Positions 46,768 to 55,563 of a DNA stretch of 64,000 nt are shown one piece after another. The translations under genes were made by a program, and so were the position numbers. The stretch covers positions 55,352 through 119,351 of IMG/VR virus record IMGVR_UViG_3300033146_005641, one strand, 5' to 3'. The notes beneath the pieces were generated by a model. That model was not told the origin of the DNA, did no database searches, and worked only from the letters and a program-made list of their open reading frames with translations. How positions within the stretch are numbered: position 1 is the stretch's first letter; each line of letters opens with the position of its first letter. The DNA is from a virus. Taxonomy: Duplodnaviria; Heunggongvirae; Uroviricota; Caudoviricetes.

Positions 46768-47619
46768 ATGAAAATAGGATTTGTGAGTGATACTCATTTG
46801 GATTTTTACATAAATAATAAAGCTAATAAAACTAAAAATTATATCAGAGACGTTTTAAAACCTGAGAGTGGCGATGTTGTTATTATAGCCGGAGATATAT
46901 CTCATTATAATCATCAAACTAAAGAGCTTTTAGAAAATTTAACAGATTATTATAATGATGTATTATTTACTATAGGAAATCATGATTTATACCTAGTTTC
47001 AAAAAGTCAACAATCTAAATACAATTTAAACTCTTTTAAAAGAGAAAGTGAACTAGAAGAATGGGCGAATAATAAAAGAAATATACATTTTTTAAATGGA
47101 AATTCTATAAGTATTAACGGACTTGTTTTTGGAGGATTACCTAATTGGTATGATTTACCTACAGCAAGACATATTATAGAATGGAATTCTTCTATGAATG
47201 ATTCTAATCTCATATTTGAAGATGGTAAAAATCATAGTTATGTTAATTATGGATACTATCGTGAAAAAATATCTACATTTGATACTCAAACCTTTAGAAA
47301 AATTCAAGAAGAAAAATTTGAAAATCTAAAAAATATCGATATACTAGTCACTCATATGTGTCCTTGTATAATAGATGAAAAATATTCTCATCAAGGTAAT
47401 CACGTAAAAAAATCTATGGATATTTTCTATATGACCGACGATATTAAAAGAGTAAAAAAGACAGGAACAAAATATGTAATTTATGGGCATAATCATACAA
47501 AAACAAGATGGAGAAAGAGCGGAATCCAGTTCTTGACTAATTCTATAGGATATCCTTCTGAATGGATAAACAATAATATAGATCATATAATTATTAACAA
47601 GGAAAATAATGAAAAATAA
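46768..47619 (+). CDS. Calcineurin-like metallophosphoesterase
   Basis: SD.H.D, AGD, GNHD, VTH, YGH.H motifs. Confidence 0.9.
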   Translation: MKIGFVSDTHLDFYINNKANKTKNYIRDVLKPESGDVVIIAGDISHYNHQTKELLENLTDYYNDVLFTIGNHDLYLVSKSQQSKYNLNSFKRESELEEWANNKRNIHFLNGNSISINGLVFGGLPNWYDLPTARHIIEWNSSMNDSNLIFEDGKNHSYVNYGYYREKISTFDTQTFRKIQEEKFENLKNIDILVTHMCPCIIDEKYSHQGNHVKKSMDIFYMTDDIKRVKKTGTKYVIYGHNHTKTRWRKSGIQFLTNSIGYPSEWINNNIDHIIINKENNEK

Positions 47620-48379
47620 ACAACAAGAAATTAAAACTCCATTAATACATTCCGATAATGTTATCGAGTCTGATCATCATAGTCTTTTTATTAAGAATAT
47701 ACCCGAAGAATTTATTCCTGTATTGTCTGAAGACGACGAGACTATTGAAGGTATTTATCAACACACATCGCCCTATAATTTATATTCTATCTTTTTAGAC
47801 GAATTTAGGGATAATACTAAACACGGGCTTCATAAAATTATTAACGCTTTACAAGAAGGTAGTGAAAACGATTATGTAGAACTACACATCTCTTCACCGG
47901 GTGGATATGTAGATGAGGGTATGGCTTTATTTAACGTTTTAAACGCTATGTATAACGGCAGAGTTACTACATATATTAACTATGGACATTCAATGGGGGC
48001 TTTAGCATTTCTTTATGGAGATGAAAGAATAGTGTATGAAAGCTCTTCTCTCATGATTCATAATTGGTCTGGAGGACTTTACGGAAAATCGCCAGATATG
48101 GAAGCATATTTAGAACATTCTAATTCAAACCTATGGAAATTCTTTTCTAAAATTATTAAACCATATCTTACTAAAAAAGAAATGAAAAGAGTTAAAAGAG
48201 GTGAAGAACTTTGGTTTGAAGCTTACGATATGTTAGACAGAGGTATGGCAACTTCTATTATTATGGAGGGGGAGGTTTTAACGAGAGATGAGTATTTAGA
48301 GAAATATAATAAGAAGGGTAATATTAGAAAGAAATGGATTAAAAAACAACAGAAAGAAGATATTCAACTAGAACCTTAA
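47609..48379 (+). CDS. ClpP-like serine peptidase
   Basis: LHISSPGG.V..G, SMGA, LMIH, LWF.A...L..G.A. Confidence 0.8.
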   Translation: MKNKQQEIKTPLIHSDNVIESDHHSLFIKNIPEEFIPVLSEDDETIEGIYQHTSPYNLYSIFLDEFRDNTKHGLHKIINALQEGSENDYVELHISSPGGYVDEGMALFNVLNAMYNGRVTTYINYGHSMGALAFLYGDERIVYESSSLMIHNWSGGLYGKSPDMEAYLEHSNSNLWKFFSKIIKPYLTKKEMKRVKRGEELWFEAYDMLDRGMATSIIMEGEVLTRDEYLEKYNKKGNIRKKWIKKQQKEDIQLEP

Positions 48380-48384
48380 AAGGC

Positions 48385-48735
48385 CTAGTTGATAAATTTT
48401 TTAATAGAATCTATTAAAGTTTTAGTTTCTTTAGTTTCTTTAGTTTCTTTAGCTTTAGACTTAAGATTTTCTTTAGTTTTAGGCTTAAGATTTTCTTTAG
48501 TTTCTTTAGTTTCTTTAGTTTCTTTAGATTTAGGCTTAAGAGTTTTTAGTTTCTCTTCTAGTTCTTTAGTTTTATCTTCAAAATAAGATTTTAATCCTTC
48601 GTTTGGTTTTAAAGACTTAACTAATTTAACTATTTCGAATTTAATTTTTTTAATTTCATCTTCGATTTGTTCTATAAGATCTTTTTTAAAACCTTCAGTC
48701 ATATTTTTAGGTATTTTGAATTGTTTGATTTCCAT
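48385..48735 (-). CDS. Lys/Glu-rich protein with KET tandem repeats
   Basis: SD aaagga; repeats KETKETKE-NLK. Confidence 0.55.
   Translation of the reverse strand: MEIKQFKIPKNMTEGFKKDLIEQIEDEIKKIKFEIVKLVKSLKPNEGLKSYFEDKTKELEEKLKTLKPKSKETKETKETKENLKPKTKENLKSKAKETKETKETKTLIDSIKKFIN
48421..48543. repeat. 9-bp tandem repeat (tttagtttc)x3 inside a duplicated higher-order unit
   Basis: Visible nested tandem repeats. Confidence 0.85.
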
Positions 48736-48784
48736 TTAGGATTCCTTTTATTTGCATTTATATAATATTTATATAGGAGTAATA

Positions 48785-49084
48785 ATGCACCAACTAGTTA
48801 AAGATACTGAGATGTTATCTAAAGAAATGTTATGTGATAAACACAATATTCAAGAGATGATAGACATGTTAAAAGATGTAGAGTCTAAAGGAGAATATAG
48901 ATCTATCGCCTCTTGCATTAAAAAATTTGTAAAGTATGTGGATGAAGAGAAGGATCAATTAACCGATAAAGTTTGGAGAGAAAAAGAGAGAAATGATCCT
49001 AAACTTTTTGAAGTAGAGCCTACGGAAATAGATCATAAAGAACACCTATTAAGTATTAATAGTTATTTTGGAGCGTTAGATTAA
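48785..49084 (+). CDS. Hypothetical protein
   Basis: ATG 48785 after SD aggag. Confidence 0.6.
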   Translation: MHQLVKDTEMLSKEMLCDKHNIQEMIDMLKDVESKGEYRSIASCIKKFVKYVDEEKDQLTDKVWREKERNDPKLFEVEPTEIDHKEHLLSINSYFGALD

Positions 49085-49440
49085 TGTACTCAAACATATA
49101 TTTAGTTAATTTTGAACATAAGCAGACAGGTAAGAATTTTCAGAAATTCGGTATCACTAAAAGTATTAATGTTATGGATAGATTTATACCCGAGAGATAT
49201 AAGGAAAGAGAAAAATATAGAGATTTTAATATAACTCTACTATATTCTAAAAGAGTTAAAACGTATTATGCCGAGAGAGAAGAAAAATATTTGATAAATA
49301 AATATAGAGATAATTTTTATCTTGAAGCTTTTTTAGGCGTGCCTCGCGATACTTATAAAGGTATGACAGGTATTACGGAACTTGTAGATATTAATGACAA
49401 AATAGAAAAAGTTATTAACGAAATGAAATCTGTTTTATAG
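49084..49440 (+). CDS. GIY-YIG/T5orf172-like protein
   Basis: IYLV.......KFGIT.....RF, E..L. Confidence 0.5.
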   Translation: MYSNIYLVNFEHKQTGKNFQKFGITKSINVMDRFIPERYKEREKYRDFNITLLYSKRVKTYYAEREEKYLINKYRDNFYLEAFLGVPRDTYKGMTGITELVDINDKIEKVINEMKSVL

Positions 49441-49442
49441 TC

Positions 49443-49465
49443 TTTTAAGTCTTTTATTATATAAT
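49443..49465 (+). promoter_or_regulatory. Early promoter TTTTAAG-N10-TATAAT
   Basis: Consensus motif followed by ATATTATATGAA. Confidence 0.55.
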
Positions 49466-49630
49466 ATATTATATGAATAGAGAGAATGGAATAGAAATAG
49501 AGGAATTTTATGCTGATGACTATTATTTCAATATATATTTCTATAGAAAACGTATACTAAAAAAAGGTAAGGTAGATATGATTATTTTGGTAAAAGATAT
49601 ATCCCAACCTATACATATAAAGGAGAAACC

Positions 49631-49864
49631 ATGGTCTTAGAAGAAATGATAGAATACACTAATAAAAGCCTATCGAGAGATAGACTAGGATTATCAAAAA
49701 TTGGTGAAGGTGCTATCCGAGATAGATGGAAGAAGAAAGAGGATCAGGGTGGCTTTTCTAATTATTGGAAGGAAGTCTCTCTAGAGGATGCTTTAAAAAG
49801 GAGAAAAATGATATCTAATGAAATAAAAAAATATAAAAAAGATAATCCACAAAAATTTACTTAA
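49631..49864 (+). CDS. Hypothetical protein (C-terminal PQKFT tail)
   Basis: SD aaggag. Confidence 0.6.
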   Translation: MVLEEMIEYTNKSLSRDRLGLSKIGEGAIRDRWKKKEDQGGFSNYWKEVSLEDALKRRKMISNEIKKYKKDNPQKFT

Positions 49865-49910
49865 ATTTAAATTTAGATTTTTAATATATAATAATATATA
49901 AAGGAAGAAA

Positions 49911-50666
49911 ATGAATATTAAACAATTTGTAAAAGAAAGATATCTTAAACAAGGCTTTAAAAATTTTAATAAATCTTGGAAAGAATATGAAGAAATTCGT
50001 AATTTCGCTCCAAACGGTAACGTTTTTGAAGGTGATAAGGGTGTTTCAGACGAGGCTCATTTTATTATGAGAATGTGTACTCAATACTATTTAACTAAAG
50101 CCTTCGAAGCTATGAAGATCGACCTATCTGATGATAATGTATCTGAAAACCTTGACGAGGGAAATATTGGAACACCAGGAAGAATTGCAAAAGTTTGGAC
50201 AGGATTTGACACACACGACGATATGGAATTAGGAGGAGGTAGATGGAATAGAAAACCAAGATTAGCAAGTTTTCCAAATACAGGGAATTCTAATATTCCT
50301 ATTACCAAAAGAGTAGATATTGTTTCTAACTGTTCTCATCATTTCATTCCGTTTCACACGTTAGCAAGGCCCGATTCTTACGCTATTATTAGTTATATTC
50401 CCGATAAAAAAGTTTTAGGAATTTCTAAGCTTCAGAGGGTTGCTAATTGGGTTTCTCAAAGATTTTGGCTTCAAGAAGATTTAACTAAAGCTCTATACGA
50501 GGAAATAGCTGAAGTAGCAGAAACGAATAGTGTTTATGTAGGTTTGTATAACGTAGTTCACGGTTGTGAAAGTCTTAGAGGTGCTAAAAGTAACGACGGA
50601 GCGTTTACGAGTGAATATTATGGTGGAGCTTTTGAAGATCCTGAATTGAGGAGACAAATTGTATGA
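49911..50666 (+). CDS. folE: GTP cyclohydrolase I
   Basis: TP.RIAK.W, S.CSHH..PF, YIP...V.G.SKL.R, QE.LT, H.CE..RG, TS.Y.G.F. Confidence 0.95.
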   Translation: MNIKQFVKERYLKQGFKNFNKSWKEYEEIRNFAPNGNVFEGDKGVSDEAHFIMRMCTQYYLTKAFEAMKIDLSDDNVSENLDEGNIGTPGRIAKVWTGFDTHDDMELGGGRWNRKPRLASFPNTGNSNIPITKRVDIVSNCSHHFIPFHTLARPDSYAIISYIPDKKVLGISKLQRVANWVSQRFWLQEDLTKALYEEIAEVAETNSVYVGLYNVVHGCESLRGAKSNDGAFTSEYYGGAFEDPELRRQIV

Positions 50667-50749
50667 AAATAGATGGAAATAATCTATCTGAAATTGCATG
50701 TAATATAGTAGACGATTTTACACCATTTAAACTAAATAAAGGAAAATAA

Positions 50750-51352
50750 ATGAAATATATTATCGATAAATCGTTTTCGTTCTGTTATGGACATAGAGTT
50801 CATAACCAGCGTTTAGATACAAAGTTTACAGAAAGTGGAGATGCCTGCCTAGCCTGTCGTCACTTACACGGACATGAAGGTTTAGTAAAGATCTTTTTAG
50901 AAGAAGATAAAAATAGTACGAATATTAAAGATACAGGAATGGTAACAGACTTTAAACATCTCGGATGGTTTAAGAATTTTCTAGATGATGTGTTAGATCA
51001 TAAATTTATTATGGATTTAGAAGATCCGCTATTTCAAAATGAATTTACCTTATGTCAAAATAAATCAAATATGATTAAGATGAAAGAAGAGTTTTTCATT
51101 CCGGATTTGACATATATTAGAAACCATATTCAACAAGAACTAGAAAATGATCGCATTAATGAGAACGAAGCATCAGCAATTTTTGAAAAATACGAAGGTG
51201 CTATTTTTGTAGATTTTGTTCCTACATCAGAAAACCTATCAGGATGGTTACTTTCAATAGTTCAAGAAAAAATGAAAGATCTACCAGGAATTAGAGTAAA
51301 AGCAATTGAATATTGGGAAACCCCAAAATCGCATTGTAGAGTAGAGGCATAG
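50750..51352 (+). CDS. queD: 6-carboxy-5,6,7,8-tetrahydropterin synthase
   Basis: F.F.YGHR, C..LHGH, GMV.DF, LDH, PTSENL, ETPKS. Confidence 0.93.
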   Translation: MKYIIDKSFSFCYGHRVHNQRLDTKFTESGDACLACRHLHGHEGLVKIFLEEDKNSTNIKDTGMVTDFKHLGWFKNFLDDVLDHKFIMDLEDPLFQNEFTLCQNKSNMIKMKEEFFIPDLTYIRNHIQQELENDRINENEASAIFEKYEGAIFVDFVPTSENLSGWLLSIVQEKMKDLPGIRVKAIEYWETPKSHCRVEA

Positions 51353-51353
51353 A

Positions 51354-51743
51354 ATGTCTCTGTACGGTGCTGATAGTGAGCCTAATATTTCTAATACTAA
51401 AAACGGTTGGAGAAATTGTAAAACAACAGGACCTATAGAAACTATATCTGTTAGAATGAACGTTTCTGATTTTGAACATACTCATGGATTCGACCACGAG
51501 AGACTAAAGATCGAGTTTGCTAATCAGATTTCAAGAGAAATTGTTAATTCAATAAACTTTAAAATGCGTAAAGAAAATTTTACAAAAACGACAATATATG
51601 AGGCTGATCTACACATAGTTAAAGAACCGAAATCTAAAAACTATATAATGGATAAAGAACACTTCGTATGGGAGGGTAAAACGTGGAATCAGGATGAAAT
51701 CATTGAAGCTTTAAAAATAGCATATCCTCATTACACTATTTAA
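51354..51743 (+). CDS. Hypothetical protein (C-terminal PHYTI tail)
   Basis: Coupled to queD. Confidence 0.6.
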   Translation: MSLYGADSEPNISNTKNGWRNCKTTGPIETISVRMNVSDFEHTHGFDHERLKIEFANQISREIVNSINFKMRKENFTKTTIYEADLHIVKEPKSKNYIMDKEHFVWEGKTWNQDEIIEALKIAYPHYTI

Positions 51744-51749
51744 TCTAGA

Positions 51750-51772
51750 TTTAAGTTAGCTTATTATATAAT
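51750..51772 (+). promoter_or_regulatory. Early promoter TTTAAG-N11-TATAAT
   Basis: Consensus spacing. Confidence 0.65.
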
Positions 51773-51793
51773 ATAAAGTAGAAGGAGAAAAAC

Positions 51794-52297
51794 ATGAAAG
51801 TAGTTTATATTAACGGTTTTAATGGACATAATAGCAATAAACCAAAAAGACTATCAGAAATTTTAAATATAGACATAGAACACATAAAACTATATATAAA
51901 TGAAGATGGTAGCATTAACTATGAGGATATTAAAGAGAAATCAAAAAACGCAGATTTGATTATAGCTTCTAGTACAGGAGCATACATAGCTCAAAAAATA
52001 TGTTATGAATATAATATTCCTCTAGTCTCATTGAATGGTATTCTAACACATGATGAACTAGAAAAAGTCTTTAAAAAACTCAACCATAAAATAAAATTTG
52101 AAGATTATGGAAGAGTCAGTATAGAGAGACTAATATTAATTAATGAAGATGATGATTTAGTAGATCCGAATCATTCTTTAGATCTCGAAGGAATCGGAGT
52201 GCTTTTTAAAAAAGGCGGACATAGGTTTGAAAATCTTGACGAAGCTAAAATTTTTATTTTAGATTTTATTAATCATATACAACTTATGCGTTCTTAA
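51794..52297 (+). CDS. YqiA/UPF0227-like alpha/beta hydrolase
   Basis: YINGF.G, ASS.GA, D..VD, GGH.F. Confidence 0.75.
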   Translation: MKVVYINGFNGHNSNKPKRLSEILNIDIEHIKLYINEDGSINYEDIKEKSKNADLIIASSTGAYIAQKICYEYNIPLVSLNGILTHDELEKVFKKLNHKIKFEDYGRVSIERLILINEDDDLVDPNHSLDLEGIGVLFKKGGHRFENLDEAKIFILDFINHIQLMRS

Positions 52298-52820
52298 ATT
52301 TTTTACCCGTACCTAACATCATTTTGATAATTTTAGTTCCATTAATATCTCTCTCATAATGAGTGTCGTCTATAGGTTTAATTTCTTTTTGTAAAATCTC
52401 TCCTGCCTCATCTGTAGTCTTAACATATTTCTTAACTAGAGAAGGCATTTTTTTCTCCATAAACTTCATAAGACTATGAGAAGCTTCTATAAGAGATCTA
52501 TCTAAATCATCTTTTAATAATTTTTCTAACTCTCTCTTACCTTCCTTAGAACCGTCGGTAAAAACAGCAACAGTCTTTCTAAGATCTTGTTTATCTTTAT
52601 ATAATAAACCTGCTAAAATTTTATTATTTTTTTTAACTATCTTCCATAATTTAATTTTATCAATCATATCGTTTTTGTTTTGAAACCCACTACCTTTTAT
52701 ACCACCAATACTCTTATAAGACTCCTGTAATAGGTCCCATATTTCGTCTACATATTGTGATTTTTCCTCCTTCGTAAAAAGATTGATAATAGATTCATAA
52801 AATATCTCTTTAAACTTCAT
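52284..52820 (-). CDS. Late protein, probable internal head protein
   Basis: MKFKEIFYE/S N-terminus; late promoter at 52847-52854. Confidence 0.65.
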   Translation of the reverse strand: MKFKEIFYESIINLFTKEEKSQYVDEIWDLLQESYKSIGGIKGSGFQNKNDMIDKIKLWKIVKKNNKILAGLLYKDKQDLRKTVAVFTDGSKEGKRELEKLLKDDLDRSLIEASHSLMKFMEKKMPSLVKKYVKTTDEAGEILQKEIKPIDDTHYERDINGTKIIKMMLGTGKKFKNA

Positions 52821-52879
52821 GAGAACTCCTTAAGTTTTTTCTAATTTATTTATATTATAATTAAAAATAAGGAAAAATA

Positions 52880-53329
52880 ATGAGAGAAGATAAAACATAT
52901 ATTTATTATGAACATAACGACTATCTAGAAGATATCGAAAAATTTAAAAAATATTTAGATATTCATTCAGGTGATAAAAATATTCATATTATAGTTCCTA
53001 TGTTCGGAGCTCTACCCTTGGCGACTAAATTAAAAAATGTGTTAAAATGTAAGGTTAGTATAGTTAAAATGTCTAGGTATGGAGGTAATGATAAAAAAGC
53101 TTCTTGGATATATTTAGATGATGTTAGAGAAAACGATATTTTATATATTATAGATGATTTATATGATAAGGGTGTAACTATTAAACAAGTAAAAGACCTA
53201 GTACAAAAATCTTTTCCTAATAATGATATAAAAGCTATTACTATTTTTGGAAGGAAGAACTCACCAGATTATGTAAAATATTTTAGAGAGCATCCTGGAA
53301 AGTGGATAAAATTTGAAGATTGGGAATAG
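52880..53329 (+). CDS. Type I phosphoribosyltransferase (purine PRT-like)
   Basis: PRPP loop IIDDLYDKG.T; C-terminal W..F.WE. Confidence 0.85.
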   Translation: MREDKTYIYYEHNDYLEDIEKFKKYLDIHSGDKNIHIIVPMFGALPLATKLKNVLKCKVSIVKMSRYGGNDKKASWIYLDDVRENDILYIIDDLYDKGVTIKQVKDLVQKSFPNNDIKAITIFGRKNSPDYVKYFREHPGKWIKFEDWE

Positions 53330-53332
53330 TCC

Positions 53333-54262
53333 CTAATCTTCTTTTTCTAGTTCCTCGAATTCTTTTAAAAACTCTTTTAATTTTCTATACTCCCAAGAAT
53401 CATCACCTCTATAATCTTTAATTCCACCATCTTTAACAATATTTTCTATATAATATCCTAAAGCCTCTGCCTTCTGAAGAGATCTTCTCAAGTCGTTTAC
53501 GATACTTTCTAAATTTATTGCTTCGCTTTTCGACTTCCCTTCAGTAGCTCTACTTATAGTTTCTTCGACATATTTATTAATCATATCTATATCTTTTTGA
53601 GATTCTTCTTTAGCTATTTTAATAATTTTAGAAGTCTTTTTCTGAAGAAATTTAATAAGAGCTTTTCTTTTCTCAGGAGAAACGTTATTTAATTCTGCTC
53701 TTTCTTTTTCTCTTTTTTCTCTACTTAATACTCTATTAGGATCTACAGTTACTAAGTAAATATCTACATTTTGTGAGAAATCAATAATATCCTTAATTTC
53801 AGAAGCTTTAAGATATTTTCTAGTTCTATCATAAGACCTTCCTTTTTTATACTCTCTTTCCTTTTTAGTCACTACACCTTCGTTAGAAATTAACATAAAT
53901 TTAGCAGCGCCGTCACCATACTCATCAAAAGATGCTAGATAAGCCCATTCTCCGTTAATCTTAATAGCTACTGCAGCATAAGATTTTTTAGCTTCTTTAG
54001 CCTCTAGCTCTTTTTTAGAGTAGCGTCTCTCTAATCTATCTTTTGGAGGAACGTATCCTCTTATCTTCTTAGCAATCGCTGTAAGGTCTGTTGGCTTAGC
54101 GTTTTTCTTATATATTTCTATTTTAGAATTTTCTCCACCCTGACCATTAAAGTCTATATATCCTTTACGTCCTACTATTACATCTATAAATTCCTTAGGT
54201 AGTCCTTTTAAATTACCTAAACCCTCGTCTAGCCGTAAATACTCTGAAAATTTCATTATCAC
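53333..54262 (-). CDS. Late protein, probable internal head protein
   Basis: MKFSEYLRLDE/G N-terminus; late promoter at 54284-54291. Confidence 0.65.
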   Translation of the reverse strand: MIMKFSEYLRLDEGLGNLKGLPKEFIDVIVGRKGYIDFNGQGGENSKIEIYKKNAKPTDLTAIAKKIRGYVPPKDRLERRYSKKELEAKEAKKSYAAVAIKINGEWAYLASFDEYGDGAAKFMLISNEGVVTKKEREYKKGRSYDRTRKYLKASEIKDIIDFSQNVDIYLVTVDPNRVLSREKREKERAELNNVSPEKRKALIKFLQKKTSKIIKIAKEESQKDIDMINKYVEETISRATEGKSKSEAINLESIVNDLRRSLQKAEALGYYIENIVKDGGIKDYRGDDSWEYRKLKEFLKEFEELEKED

Positions 54263-54283
54263 ATCCTGATTATTTTATTATTT

Positions 54284-54295
54284 TATTTATAAATA
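54284..54295. promoter_or_regulatory. Palindromic bidirectional late promoter TATTTATAAATA
   Basis: Third perfect copy between divergent genes. Confidence 0.6.
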
Positions 54296-54322
54296 CTATA
54301 AATTAAAAGAGGAGAAAACATC

Positions 54323-54475
54323 ATGAGTAAAGATGAAATTTTAACACTAAAAAAAGACAAAAGACAAAAATGTATAGTTTATACAAGGGTTATGGGTTAT
54401 CACAGACCTGTTGAGAGTTTTAATATAGGTAAATCAGGTGAGCATAAGGAAAGAAAACTTTTTACCCAACACTAA
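54323..54475 (+). CDS. Stand-alone class III ribonucleotide reductase glycyl-radical domain (50 aa; not in ORF track)
   Basis: SD gaggag; MSKDEILTLKKDKRQKCIVYTRVMGYHRPVESFNIGKSGEHKERKLFTQH contains the NrdD C-terminal YxRVxGY.RP...N.GK..E...R motif. Confidence 0.85.
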   Translation: MSKDEILTLKKDKRQKCIVYTRVMGYHRPVESFNIGKSGEHKERKLFTQH

Positions 54476-54530
54476 AAATATATATGATATAACAAGATTT
54501 ACACATCTTGATTATTCAACTCATTTTATC

Positions 54531-54585
54531 TGATTTTAAGTCTCTTTATACTATAATATATTATATAAAGAGGGATAGAAGGATG
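54531..54585 (+). promoter_or_regulatory. Early promoter/leader cassette with stem-loop
   Basis: TGATTTTAAG-TCTCTTTATA-CTATAATATATTA-TATAAAGAG-GGATAGAAGGATG. Confidence 0.75.
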
Positions 54586-55146
54586 AAATTCAAGGATACT
54601 AAATATGGTGATTTAACGGGACAAACCTATAAAGGCGATATTAATGCAGAAGATTTAGGTCTAACTTCTCTAGAGGGGTCTCCGAAGGTTGTAGAAGGAA
54701 GTTTTTATTGCTTTAATAATCAACTAACCTCTTTAGAAGGTGCTCCAGAGGTAGTTAGAGGATATTTTGATTGTTCAAACAATCAACTAACTTCTCTAGA
54801 GGGAGGTCCCGGAGTGGTCGATGGTATTTTTTACTGTCATAGTAATCGATTATCTTCTCTAGAGGGGTCTCCAGAGGCAGTTAGAGGAGATTTTAGTTGC
54901 TCAGATAACAATTTAGCTTCTCTAGAAGGAGCTCCTAAGACAGTTAAAGGAGATTTTTATTGCTCTTACAACGAACTAACTTCTCTAGAGGGGGCTCCTG
55001 AGGTAGTTAGAGGTACGTTTTATTGTCATGAAAACAATCTAACTTCTCTAGAGGGAATACCTTATTATAAAAGAATAATAGCTGATTTTAGTAAACTAGA
55101 AGTTGATGATTATATGAAAGATAGGTTTCCTTATCATTTTATATGA
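54583..55146 (+). CDS. Leucine-rich-repeat protein (six 21-aa LTSLEGxPxxVxGxFxCxxN repeats; PYHFI tail)
   Basis: Cassette ATG at 54583; repeats visible in protein and DNA. Confidence 0.85.
   Translation: MKFKDTKYGDLTGQTYKGDINAEDLGLTSLEGSPKVVEGSFYCFNNQLTSLEGAPEVVRGYFDCSNNQLTSLEGGPGVVDGIFYCHSNRLSSLEGSPEAVRGDFSCSDNNLASLEGAPKTVKGDFYCSYNELTSLEGAPEVVRGTFYCHENNLTSLEGIPYYKRIIADFSKLEVDDYMKDRFPYHFI
54661..55056 (+). repeat. 63-bp tandem repeat array (6 full units plus a partial 7th)
   Basis: ctaacttctctagagg-type anchors every 63 nt from 54661 to 55039. Confidence 0.9.
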
Positions 55147-55201
55147 TTTTAAGTCTCTTTATACTATAATATATTATATAAAGAGAAAAGGATAGAGAAT
55201 G
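55144..55201 (+). promoter_or_regulatory. Early promoter/leader cassette with stem-loop
   Basis: TGATTTTAAGTCTCTTTATACTATAATATATTATATAAAGAGAAAAGGATAGAGAATG. Confidence 0.75.
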
Positions 55202-55555
55202 TTAAAAAGACTAACAGAATTCAAATGTCTTCAAGAAGCAGCCAAATTATATACTGGCCGCCTAACATTACAGAAGGCAATAGATTTTCTAAAATTTGAA
55301 AATGACTGGGATATTGAAATTATAGAAGATGATTATAAAAACATAAATGTAGGATTTTGTGAAGAAAACGATATTAATGTTGAACATATGGTTTTTATGA
55401 AAAAACTTCAAGAATCTGGCGAAATTAATATGATTACAGAATCTATCCCTGTTATTATGAAAATATTATTATTAGATAAGAAAGAGGCAAGAAGAGTATT
55501 AAGTGATTATATAGCATATTATGATGAAGTTTATAATCCTCAAAAATGTATATAG
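55199..55555 (+). CDS. Hypothetical early protein
   Basis: Starts at the cassette ATG. Confidence 0.65.
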   Translation: MLKRLTEFKCLQEAAKLYTGRLTLQKAIDFLKFENDWDIEIIEDDYKNINVGFCEENDINVEHMVFMKKLQESGEINMITESIPVIMKILLLDKKEARRVLSDYIAYYDEVYNPQKCI

Positions 55556-55563
55556 GAGAGAAA

